The notes beneath the pieces were generated by a model. The model did not search any database. It had not been told where the DNA came from and saw only the letters and a list, made by a program, of their open reading frames with translations. A DNA stretch of 30,240 nt from a virus. Taxonomy: Duplodnaviria; Caudoviricetes. The stretch is from positions 1 through 30,240 of the IMG/VR virus record IMGVR_UViG_3300010398_000029. One strand, given 5' to 3'. A program made the translations under genes and the position numbers. Each line of letters begins with the position of its first letter. Within the stretch, counting starts at the first letter, position 1. Below are positions 1 to 8,027 of this stretch, piece after piece.

Positions 1-124
1 GCCGTCGTCCGCGTTGCCATGAGATTATGTAGAATAATCTACTCAGGTGTCCCGAGCCAGTAAAAATAATATTTCGAGGGAGGGGGATGGGGGAGAATAA
101 ATGGGTCCCATCAGAGCGATCGCG

Positions 125-193
125 ACTTAAACTCCACCCGCAGAGTTTGAGTTCACGCGGAGTTTGAGTTAGGCCAGGGGCAGAATTTGAGTT
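125..193. repeat. Three direct 14-bp repeats GC(A/G)GA(G/A)TTTGAGTT plus one partial inverted copy
   Basis: gcagagtttgagtt 140-153, gcggagtttgagtt 157-170, gcagaatttgagtt 180-193; acttaaactcc 125-135 is the reverse complement of ggagtttaagt. Confidence 0.8.
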
Positions 194-260
194 AGGGGTT
201 TTTCGGTTATGGGGCGATGCGATATTTCCCCTACTTTGGTTATGGGGGTAGTGCGGCTGT

Positions 261-269
261 TGTGGATAA
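261..269 (-). promoter_or_regulatory. Perfect DnaA-box consensus match (TTATCCACA)
   Basis: tgtggataa on the + strand in non-coding DNA; function unproven. Confidence 0.35.
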
Positions 270-407
270 TTTCTGTGGAGGGGAGTTGGTATGGTGTTAG
301 GTTTAGGTGGGGATGGTGTTATGTTTTAAGAGGTGAGCGAGGCGGTGCGAGTTTGCACAATAAGGTGCTGCTGGACAAAAAGTGAGGGAGGCGAGGGAGG
401 TTAAGAG

Positions 408-785
408 ATGGCTGATGGGGCTGAGGATTTGAGGAGGGTGATTGAGTTGACGCGTGGGGTTGGGCGTGGGGAGTTGAGTGAGGTTGAGGAGCGGCGTTTA
501 GCTGAGGTTGGGGGTTTGCGTGGGGATGGGGAAGGTGGTGGGGGTGGGAAGTGCGATGAGGATTTTGACCGGCTTATTTTGGGAGGAATTGCGGCGGAGG
601 ATTTGATGCGGATTGGGGAGTCTGTAGTTGAGGTTGATGGGGAGTATGGTCGGTTGAGGAGGCGGATTAGGGTTGGTGATTTAGATTTTGGGCCGTTATC
701 TGGGTTAAAGAGGGTTGTGAGGAGGTTACTGGGGCGGATTAGGAGTGCGGAGCATGCATTGGATCGGATGGAGGATCGGGATTGA
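408..785 (+). CDS. Hypothetical protein (G/E/R-rich, compositionally skewed)
   Basis: ATG preceded by GGAGG; TGA overlaps the next ATG (TGATG). Confidence 0.6.
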   Translation: MADGAEDLRRVIELTRGVGRGELSEVEERRLAEVGGLRGDGEGGGGGKCDEDFDRLILGGIAAEDLMRIGESVVEVDGEYGRLRRRIRVGDLDFGPLSGLKRVVRRLLGRIRSAEHALDRMEDRD

Positions 786-1006
786 TGGGGGAATTGATTG
801 GGCTGATTATTGCACTGATTATTATAGGAGTAGTTGCGTGGGCGGCGCGGCAGTTGATTGGGTTGATTCCGATGGAGGGGTGGATTGCGCAGGTGATTAA
901 CGTACTGATCATAGTTGTGTTGGTGTTAGGGATTGTATTTTACGTGTTAGTTCCTTTGTTAGGGATGGTAGGGGGGCAAGTTGGGCGGCTTCCTAGTATT
1001 CGATGA
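785..1006 (+). CDS. Small two-TM membrane protein
   Basis: Two hydrophobic helices separated by IPMEGW; ATG at 785 is coupled to the upstream stop. Confidence 0.75.
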   Translation: MGELIGLIIALIIIGVVAWAARQLIGLIPMEGWIAQVINVLIIVVLVLGIVFYVLVPLLGMVGGQVGRLPSIR

Positions 1007-1056
1007 ATTGCTGTGTGGGCATTATGGGGAGACGTGCGAGCCTATGGGGATAGGAG

Positions 1057-2472
1057 ATGGCTAGGCTTTCTGCTTTTGAAAGGAAGTGTGCAAGGCAGGC
1101 TAGGGAGCGGACTGAGGAGAAGCGTCAGCGCAGGCTTGCTGTTGATGTGGATGGGGTGGAGGAGCGGTTATCGATTGGGTATACGGCGCGCGAGCAATTT
1201 GAGGCCTTTCATGCGCGGAAGCAGCGCTGGGCGTTGATAGTTGCGCACCGGCGGGCGGGCAAGACGGTTGCTTGCGTGATGGATTTGATAGACTCTGCCA
1301 TCAGGTGCAAGCTACAGCGGCCGAGGTTTGCGTATGTGGCTCCGTTGTATCGACAGGCGAAACAGGTTGCGTGGGATTATTTGAGGCAGTATGCGAGGAA
1401 GGTACCCGGTACTTTGATTTATGAGTCGGAGTTGAAGGTTGATTTTATCAATGGGGGGCAGGTTAGGTTGTATGGGGCTGATAACCCGGACGCGCTTAGA
1501 GGGATGTATTTGGACGGGGTAATTCTCGATGAGGCGGCGGATATGTCGCCGCGGGTTTACTCGGAGGTTTTAAGGCCGGCGCTTTCCGATCGGCAGGGCT
1601 GGGCGGTTTGGATTGGCACCCCTCGGGGGATGAATGACTTTTATGACCTGGTTTTCGGGACGAAGGGGGGTTGGGTAGGCGCCAAGGATGATCCGGAGTG
1701 GTTTTTCCGGATGCTCAAAGCCAGCGAGACCAAATTAATACCGAAGGATGAATTAGATTCGGCGGCGAAACAAATGTCGCCGGAGCAATACGCGCAGGAA
1801 TACGAATGCTCGTTTAGCGCGGCAATTCTGGGCGCATACTACGGGCGGGAGATGGAGTTGGCGGAGTCGGAGGGGAGAATAACGGCGGGGATTTATGATC
1901 CGAGCTTGGGAGTCAATACTGCTTGGGATTTGGGGCATTCGGACGCAACGGCCATCTGGTTTTATCAGCAGAGTGATCTTTCCATCCGAGTTATTGACTT
2001 CTACCAGGCCTCCAACCGGGGCCTCGATCACTATGTGTCCATACTCCAAGATAAAGCGTCGCGGCCGGGTAATGAGCACGGGTATGTGTACGCCAATCAT
2101 TTCTTGCCTCATGATGTAGAGGTGAAGATTCTGGGGATGGATCGGACCAGGTTGGGACAGCTAAGGCAGTGGGGTTTGCAGAATTTGCATGTGGTTCCTA
2201 AACTGTCGATCGATGAGGGGATTGCTGCGGTGCGGAAAATATTCCCGAGATGTTATTTTGATAGGGAAAAGTGCATGGATGGATTGAAGGCCTTGCGACA
2301 ATATCGACGGGAATGGGATGATATCAGGAAAACGTTTTATGAGAGACCCTATCATGATTGGGCGTCGGATCCTGCCGATGCGTTTAGATACCTGGCGGTA
2401 GGAATGTTTGAGCCTCTGAGCTTGAGAGGAATCAACGCCATGCCAAGAAGGAACACAGGATGGATCTATTGA
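1057..2472 (+). CDS. terL: Terminase large subunit
   Basis: Walker A HRRAGKT, Walker B GVILDE, coupling motif IGTP, nuclease motifs AWDLGHSDATAIW and HDWASDPADAFRY. Confidence 0.97.
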   Translation: MARLSAFERKCARQARERTEEKRQRRLAVDVDGVEERLSIGYTAREQFEAFHARKQRWALIVAHRRAGKTVACVMDLIDSAIRCKLQRPRFAYVAPLYRQAKQVAWDYLRQYARKVPGTLIYESELKVDFINGGQVRLYGADNPDALRGMYLDGVILDEAADMSPRVYSEVLRPALSDRQGWAVWIGTPRGMNDFYDLVFGTKGGWVGAKDDPEWFFRMLKASETKLIPKDELDSAAKQMSPEQYAQEYECSFSAAILGAYYGREMELAESEGRITAGIYDPSLGVNTAWDLGHSDATAIWFYQQSDLSIRVIDFYQASNRGLDHYVSILQDKASRPGNEHGYVYANHFLPHDVEVKILGMDRTRLGQLRQWGLQNLHVVPKLSIDEGIAAVRKIFPRCYFDREKCMDGLKALRQYRREWDDIRKTFYERPYHDWASDPADAFRYLAVGMFEPLSLRGINAMPRRNTGWIY

Positions 2473-2544
2473 AGGGAGCGATTGATCCGATTTGGACGCC
2501 CTCCTGGCATCCCAAACTCGTTATCCCAGAAGGAAAACCCCTCA

Positions 2545-3141
2545 GTGGCTAGAATGAGTGAGACCGAGCTTGTTGGTTTGGTCAACTCGAGGATAGCAGA
2601 CTGTAGGCAATTCGACCGCTCGAGCCTGACCAATCAACGCGAATGGGCCATCAGGTTCTATGACGGTGAGGTTGATATTGCGCCTCAACCCTTTCGCTCC
2701 CAAGTGGTTTCTGCGGACTTGGCTGATGTGCTGGAATGGGTATTGCCGGGGCTTTTACGGGTATTCACGGCGTCGGATCGCATAGTGGTCTATGAACCAC
2801 AAAAGATGAGCGATGAGCAGTACGCGACGCAAGCCACCGACGGAATAAACTACATATTTCAGGTGGAATGTGAGGGCTATGCCATACTCTATTCCCTATT
2901 TCATAACTCCTTGTTGCACGGAAATGGGCCATACAAAATCTGGTGGGAAGGAATGCCCGAATATAAGACCGATACCCTTAGGGGCCTAAATGAGATGGAA
3001 TTAAACGCGGTTATTTCCCAACCTGACATTGATGACATCCTCGAATTCCGCAGCTATCTGGTTGATGCTGTAACCGGAGACGAAATCGACATGCCGGGAC
3101 AGAACGAAAAGAAAGAGAATGCCTCCCCCGACGCCTACTAA
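2545..3141 (+). CDS. Portal protein, N-terminal part (P22/SU10-like)
   Basis: Motifs RSQVVSADLADVLEWVLPGLLRVF, ATQATDGINYIF and NSLLHGNGPYKIWWE; likely GTG start at 2545 after AGGA (ATG at 2554 is an alternative). Confidence 0.88.
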   Translation: MARMSETELVGLVNSRIADCRQFDRSSLTNQREWAIRFYDGEVDIAPQPFRSQVVSADLADVLEWVLPGLLRVFTASDRIVVYEPQKMSDEQYATQATDGINYIFQVECEGYAILYSLFHNSLLHGNGPYKIWWEGMPEYKTDTLRGLNEMELNAVISQPDIDDILEFRSYLVDAVTGDEIDMPGQNEKKENASPDAY

Positions 3142-5230
3142 TCCCAATCCCCAACCTCCTGCCCAGCCATTCCAAGGCCCTCCTGTATTACCCACGCCGC
3201 CGCCTATGCCTGCGCCAATGGGGGCGCCTGGTATGGGAATGCAACCGGGCATGGGCATGTTGCCGACTCCTATTCCTCCCCCGCCGATCCGCCTCTTTGA
3301 CGTGAAAATCAAACGCTGCATTGAGAGTGGCAGGATCAAATGTAAATCGATCCCGCCGGAGGATTTCCTCATTGATCCCATGGCCACCGCGGTCAATGAG
3401 GAGGAAGGTTCATTCTTTGCCGATATTACTCGCATGCTCCGCTCGGATGCCAAACTGAAATGGCCAGATAAGTCGGATCTGATCGATCAACTCCCCGCCT
3501 ATACCACGGCGGTTGATGAGGGCGCCGAGAAACAGGCCAGAGACGGCAGGTTTTGGGCGTTCAGAGAAAGCAATCCCGATAAGGAAAGCCAGGAAATTGA
3601 GATCGTTGAATGTTGCATCAAGTGCGATTACGATGGAGATGGAGTCAGTGAGTGGAGAAAAATCTGCATTGGCGGCAACTTACTCGGTGTATCTGGGAAT
3701 GAACGTGGCATCCTTTCTAATGAGGAATGGTCTGGACCTCTCCCCTATGGCTCCCTCACCGTCAATCCTATGCCCCATAGGTACCGCGGCCGCTCGCTCT
3801 ATGATGATGTCGGTCCCGTGCAAAGAGTCAAAACCGTCCTTCTGCGGCAAATGCTCGATAACTTGTATCTTGCAAACAACCCACAGATGGGCGCCAATCA
3901 GTCAGGAATTATTAACCCCGACCAACTCCTGCAACCTGAGGTCGGAGGCACCGTTTGGACCAATGGCCCACCGGCGGAGCAGTTAGCCCCCTATGCCGTC
4001 CCATTCGTTGCGGAAAAGGTTTTTCCGGCCTTGGAATATTGGGATATGGTCATGGAAAAAAGGACCGGGGTTTCCCGGTCGACCATGGCACTGGATCTAG
4101 ACACGCTGCAGCATCAGACTGCAACGGCAGTAAACGCCCAGCAGAGCGCGGCCTTTACCAAGGTCGAAACCTATGCGCGAAACCTGGCCGAACACGGTGG
4201 ATTGAGGGAGCTATTTCAGAAATTCCTCGCTCTCTTCGTCGAAAATCAGAAGAGCACCAAAAAGATCCGCCTCCGTGACCAATGGGTCGATATGGATCCA
4301 AGGGGATGGAACGCGGATATGCGTGCAACTATCAATATAGGGTTGGGCGCCGGATCTAGAGATAGGGATCTTGCCACCTTGGGCGGGGTCGCGCAAAAGA
4401 TGGAGCAGGCAATCCAGGCATTAAATGATCCATTTAATCCGATTATTAACATAGGCCAGCTATTTGATGTGTATCGGAGAATGGTGGAAACGGCGGGCAT
4501 CAAGAACCCACAAAGATGGTTTCCCGATCTTTCTCAACAGCAAGTGCAGCAAATGGCACAGCTGAAATCACAGAGCCAGCAGCCTAATCCTGATCAAATC
4601 AAAGTCCAAGCTGACATGGCCAAGATCAAGGCCGATAGCGAAATGAAGGTGCTCGAATTCCAGGCCAATGATAAGCGTGATGCAAACCGAGCCGCGCTAG
4701 ATCAAGCCCAAGCGCAACAAAAATCCATCATCGAAAAATTGCAGGCCGAAGCCGATATTGCCACCTCGAACGCCAAGCTACAGGCCGAGCAGGCCAATGA
4801 GGTCGCCCGGCAGAATATGGAGGCTGCGCGTCAACAGCGGGAATTCGAATTCAATCGGGAGATGGAATTGATGAAATTCAGATTGGAGGCGGCAAGCGCG
4901 CGCTCTCAATTGCTGGCCGATATCCTGTGCGGCAAATGTGGTGGGACCAAAGACGCCATGGGCAACGTCCAGCCCCCGGATCCGGAAAAGGTGCAGCAAA
5001 TCTTGGCGCAATTCGATGACATGCTAGGTCAACAGCCGGATACCCCGATCGGCCAGGCAGTCATGGGTCGCGCCCAGCAGGGCGAGAACCAACGAGATAT
5101 GGCTCATCATCAGTCCATGGCAGCCATGACGCAGGCCTTGCAACAACTAGCCCAATCGATGTCAGCGCCAACCGAGGTTATCCGCGATCAGAATAATCGC
5201 GTGGTCGGCGCCCGAAAGAGATTGCAATAA
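3119..5230 (+). CDS. Portal protein, C-terminal part, with Pro-rich leader and Gln-rich coiled-coil barrel
   Basis: LFDVKIKR..GRIKCKSIPPEDFLID, PMPHRYRGRSLYD, VQRVKTVLLRQMLDNLYLANNP, EKRTGVS, TATAV, INIGLGAG; lies in the +1 frame relative to the N-terminal part. Confidence 0.92.
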   Translation: MPPPTPTNPNPQPPAQPFQGPPVLPTPPPMPAPMGAPGMGMQPGMGMLPTPIPPPPIRLFDVKIKRCIESGRIKCKSIPPEDFLIDPMATAVNEEEGSFFADITRMLRSDAKLKWPDKSDLIDQLPAYTTAVDEGAEKQARDGRFWAFRESNPDKESQEIEIVECCIKCDYDGDGVSEWRKICIGGNLLGVSGNERGILSNEEWSGPLPYGSLTVNPMPHRYRGRSLYDDVGPVQRVKTVLLRQMLDNLYLANNPQMGANQSGIINPDQLLQPEVGGTVWTNGPPAEQLAPYAVPFVAEKVFPALEYWDMVMEKRTGVSRSTMALDLDTLQHQTATAVNAQQSAAFTKVETYARNLAEHGGLRELFQKFLALFVENQKSTKKIRLRDQWVDMDPRGWNADMRATINIGLGAGSRDRDLATLGGVAQKMEQAIQALNDPFNPIINIGQLFDVYRRMVETAGIKNPQRWFPDLSQQQVQQMAQLKSQSQQPNPDQIKVQADMAKIKADSEMKVLEFQANDKRDANRAALDQAQAQQKSIIEKLQAEADIATSNAKLQAEQANEVARQNMEAARQQREFEFNREMELMKFRLEAASARSQLLADILCGKCGGTKDAMGNVQPPDPEKVQQILAQFDDMLGQQPDTPIGQAVMGRAQQGENQRDMAHHQSMAAMTQALQQLAQSMSAPTEVIRDQNNRVVGARKRLQ

Positions 5231-6511
5231 ATGGTCTCAGTCACCCATTCCACCGTCGTCGCCGTTCCCGATGATGGAACCAGTCCGGTCGGATCCGATG
5301 AATGGAATGCCGGCCACTCATTATCTATGGCGACGGCTCGGATCCTGGGCCGCACGACGGCAGGTACCGGAACGATCGAGGAGCTGACCGGGACGCAAAC
5401 GACGGCAATGCTCGATGCCGTCACGTCCTCACTCAAAGGACTGGCCCCGGCGTCGGGCGGGGGAACGACCAATTTTCTGAGAGCTGATGCAACCTGGGCC
5501 GCCCCTCCTGGTGGCGGTGGCATCACCATCGGCACCACCACCATTACCTCGGGTGCCACCGGCGCCTTTCTTTATGATAACGCCGGGGTCGTGGGCGAAC
5601 GCACCGCAGCTCAGGCGACCGCCGCACTCAACCTATTCTCGAGCTCACTGCAAGGCCTGGTCCCATCATCCGGCGGCGGTACGACCAATTTCCTCCGCGC
5701 GGATGGCAACTGGGCGGCGGCGGGCGGCGGCGGGACTCCTGGTGGTTCGAATACCCAGGTTCAATACAACAATTCAAGCGCCTTCGGTGGGATCACCAAT
5801 CTCACCAGCGACGGGACTAATGTCACTGCCCTGCGCATGGGATCAACAATCTCCCATGATTGGGATAATGGGTCCGGTACTGCCGATGTTAAGCTGTTTC
5901 GTGATGCCGCGGCCATTCTCGCCCAGAGAAATTCCACCACCGCGCAGACTTTCAGGTGCTACAACACCTACACTGACGCCTCGAATTATGAGAGAGCGGT
6001 ACTAGATTGGACGACGACGGCAAATACGCTGACATTCGGTACGCAAGCATTGGGCACGGGCACGCAACGGGCTATGGCCATCAGCAGCCTGAATTTCACC
6101 GTGAGCGCGGCAGGTCAGACTACCTGGGCGCAGGGTATGATTTCGCTTGTCGACGACGGCAGATTTACGATCGGAGTCTACAACGGGGGCGCAATTTTTA
6201 TTGATGCCCGCACGGCCGCCTCGAACATCATAGGCGGCTCAGGTAGCGCAATCGGATTCTCCAGCAGTGCCTCTGCGGCAGGCGCCGCCCCGGACACGGC
6301 TATGTCGCGATCGGCAGCGGCCGTAGTCGCCTTCGGCAACGGCACGGCGGGGGATGCCAGTGCCTGCATCAAGGCCAAGACCAAGGCTGGTGCCCCAACC
6401 ACCTCGGACGTTCCCGCCGGGACCTGGGCGCTGATCAGGGATACAAGCGGTGCAACGACAAAACTCTATTACAACAACGCCGGCACGCTCATGACTGTGG
6501 CGCTGACCTGA
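5231..6511 (+). CDS. Virion fibre- or decoration-like structural protein
   Basis: T/G/A/S-rich, beta-like composition; internal repeat; TPGGSNTQVQYNNSSAFGG fibre-type motif; C-terminal TKLYYNNAGTL. Confidence 0.7.
   Translation: MVSVTHSTVVAVPDDGTSPVGSDEWNAGHSLSMATARILGRTTAGTGTIEELTGTQTTAMLDAVTSSLKGLAPASGGGTTNFLRADATWAAPPGGGGITIGTTTITSGATGAFLYDNAGVVGERTAAQATAALNLFSSSLQGLVPSSGGGTTNFLRADGNWAAAGGGGTPGGSNTQVQYNNSSAFGGITNLTSDGTNVTALRMGSTISHDWDNGSGTADVKLFRDAAAILAQRNSTTAQTFRCYNTYTDASNYERAVLDWTTTANTLTFGTQALGTGTQRAMAISSLNFTVSAAGQTTWAQGMISLVDDGRFTIGVYNGGAIFIDARTAASNIIGGSGSAIGFSSSASAAGAAPDTAMSRSAAAVVAFGNGTAGDASACIKAKTKAGAPTTSDVPAGTWALIRDTSGATTKLYYNNAGTLMTVALT
5426..5719 (+). repeat. Intragenic duplicated module (5426-5503 and 5642-5719; period 216 nt)
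   Basis: SSLKGLAPASGGGTTNFLRADATWAA versus SSLQGLVPSSGGGTTNFLRADGNWAA. Confidence 0.9.
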
Positions 6512-6957
6512 TGCCCCATACAGCCAGCACCGTCGCGCAAGTTACCTCCGATTTCAGCGTCACATCCAGCGCGACCTTGCAGAATGTGCCCGACCTTGTC
6601 ATCAACGTCGTGGCCAATAGAACCTATAGCTTCGAGGCGCACCTTGCCTGCACTTGCGCAGCAACAGGAGGGGTGCGCGCCGGTATGGGCGGGACATGCA
6701 CAGGGGCAAATGTCCTTGTCGATGGCTATGTCAGGGACAGCAACGCGCTCAAGGGCATGGGTACGGCTGCCGTCCTCGGTGGCTCGGTCGCGAATACGAC
6801 AACGACGGCAACGAGCGGCGTCATGGCGGAGATGAAGGGAACGATCACGACTGGCACCGGCGGCACACTTGCCGTTCAGTTCGCGCAGAGCGCGAGCACC
6901 GCCACCCCTTCCGTGGTCAAACGAGGCAGCTACTTTGTGTTATGGGAGCAACCTTAA
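6511..6957 (+). CDS. Beta-rich structural protein (fibre-tip-like domain)
   Basis: LQNVPDLVINVVANRTYSFEAHL and GTLAVQFAQ..VVKRGSY patterns; TGATG coupling. Confidence 0.6.
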   Translation: MPHTASTVAQVTSDFSVTSSATLQNVPDLVINVVANRTYSFEAHLACTCAATGGVRAGMGGTCTGANVLVDGYVRDSNALKGMGTAAVLGGSVANTTTTATSGVMAEMKGTITTGTGGTLAVQFAQSASTATPSVVKRGSYFVLWEQP

Positions 6958-7290
6958 ATGGGAACTATGCAGATCACCAGCGCGGGCTTTGCCGCTCTTC
7001 CGGCACAAGCCCCGAACAACTGGCCGGATAACCTGACTTGGCCTCCGACTGGAAATCTCAACGCCACCAAGACCTATACGATCTCGGATGTCCACGCGCA
7101 GGAGATCCTGGCCTGGATTGGCGCTAACTATAATGCCCAGTTGGTCGGAACCAATCCTCCTCCAGTCACCGTGCCTGCCCCGGCTATGTTTCTGACCTGG
7201 TTGAATGGCTTTATGCAGGCCACCACGGACGCAGTCCAGAGGCAGCAAACGAGCCCTGCAGTGGTCCCGGCCCCGATATCTATCGCCTGA
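6958..7290 (+). CDS. Hypothetical protein, possibly fibre-associated
   Basis: Abuts the upstream stop (TAAATG); coherent ORF. Confidence 0.65.
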   Translation: MGTMQITSAGFAALPAQAPNNWPDNLTWPPTGNLNATKTYTISDVHAQEILAWIGANYNAQLVGTNPPPVTVPAPAMFLTWLNGFMQATTDAVQRQQTSPAVVPAPISIA

Positions 7291-7350
7291 TCGGGTCCGT
7301 TTGCGCATTAGGGCTCAAAATTCTTCAATGATTTTCACAAAGAGGCAGAA

Positions 7351-7494
7351 ATGGACGCTCAAACCAGGCTGAAAATCACTATTGGCGACCTGATTATGCA
7401 ACTTGCCTTTGCTCACGAGGAAATCGAAAAACTCAAGGCTGAGAAGGAAAAACCCGCAGATAAAGAGGCGGAAATCGTCAATTTCGGTAGATAA
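7351..7494 (+). CDS. Small coiled-coil protein, 47 aa (not in ORF track)
   Basis: MDAQTRLKITIGDLIMQLAFAHEEIEKLKAEKEKPADKEAEIVNFGR; AGAGG upstream; TAA overlaps the next ATG. Confidence 0.7.
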   Translation: MDAQTRLKITIGDLIMQLAFAHEEIEKLKAEKEKPADKEAEIVNFGR

Positions 7495-8027
7495 TGGCAG
7501 GGGTTTTTCAGCCTAACGTATTTCAGCCGAATGTTTTCCAAGAGGGCGTAGCTGGGCCGCCTGGCCACGTCTTTCAGTGCAATGTGTTCCAGCTCTCGGT
7601 ATTCCAAAATACCTGCGTCCCGGTGGAGCCTTCACCGCCGACGCTTCCCAAGGCCGGTGGGCGGCCGATTTATGACTATGCCAGGGAAACCCGGCGCCGG
7701 GCCAAAGGGTATCTCCAAGCCAAGCAATACTTCGAGCGCCTTGAGCAGGAACGAGCCCATCAAGAGAGGCTCGTTTCTCGGCTTAGGCTCAAAGAGGCCG
7801 AGACCAGAAGGCTAGAGGAGGAAGCCCAAACCGTCCGACGGGCCGAATTCGAGGCCAAACGGGCCAAGCGATACGCCTATGATCTGATGCAGGCTCAGGC
7901 CACGCTTTTGGCTCTGCAGGGTCGCATCGCCCGGGCTCAGGCCGACCTGCAGCAGGCCGAAATGCTCTATCGAATGCACGAGGAAATAGAGGACGAGGAG
8001 GCCATTACCTTGCTGCTGCTCCAATGA
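7494..8027 (+). CDS. Hypothetical protein with VFQxN repeats and coiled coil
   Basis: VFQPNVFQPNVFQ...VFQCNVFQLSVFQN; charged helix; ends EDEEAITLLLLQ. Confidence 0.75.
   Translation: MAGVFQPNVFQPNVFQEGVAGPPGHVFQCNVFQLSVFQNTCVPVEPSPPTLPKAGGRPIYDYARETRRRAKGYLQAKQYFERLEQERAHQERLVSRLRLKEAETRRLEEEAQTVRRAEFEAKRAKRYAYDLMQAQATLLALQGRIARAQADLQQAEMLYRMHEEIEDEEAITLLLLQ

Noticed and set aside
1-20. Possible start of a - strand gene (MATRTT...) running off the left edge
   Set aside because: Only six codons are visible and there is no clear RBS
125-193. CRISPR-like reading of the repeats
   Set aside because: Repeats are 14 bp with 3- and 9-bp gaps; there are no spacers and no cas genes
2482-2544. Track start of the portal at TTG 2482
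   Set aside because: The extension looks non-conserved; GTG 2545 or ATG 2554 fits better
3139-3141. Stop-codon readthrough or recoding as the explanation of the portal split
   Set aside because: The downstream portal is in a different frame, and all three stop codons terminate genes normally elsewhere
4925-4945. CGKC motif in the portal C-terminal tail
   Set aside because: A single CxxC with no partner motif; insufficient evidence for a metal site
5231-7290. Diversity-generating retroelement or invertible fibre cassette
   Set aside because: No reverse transcriptase or invertase; the duplicated module differs at synonymous sites rather than specifically at adenines
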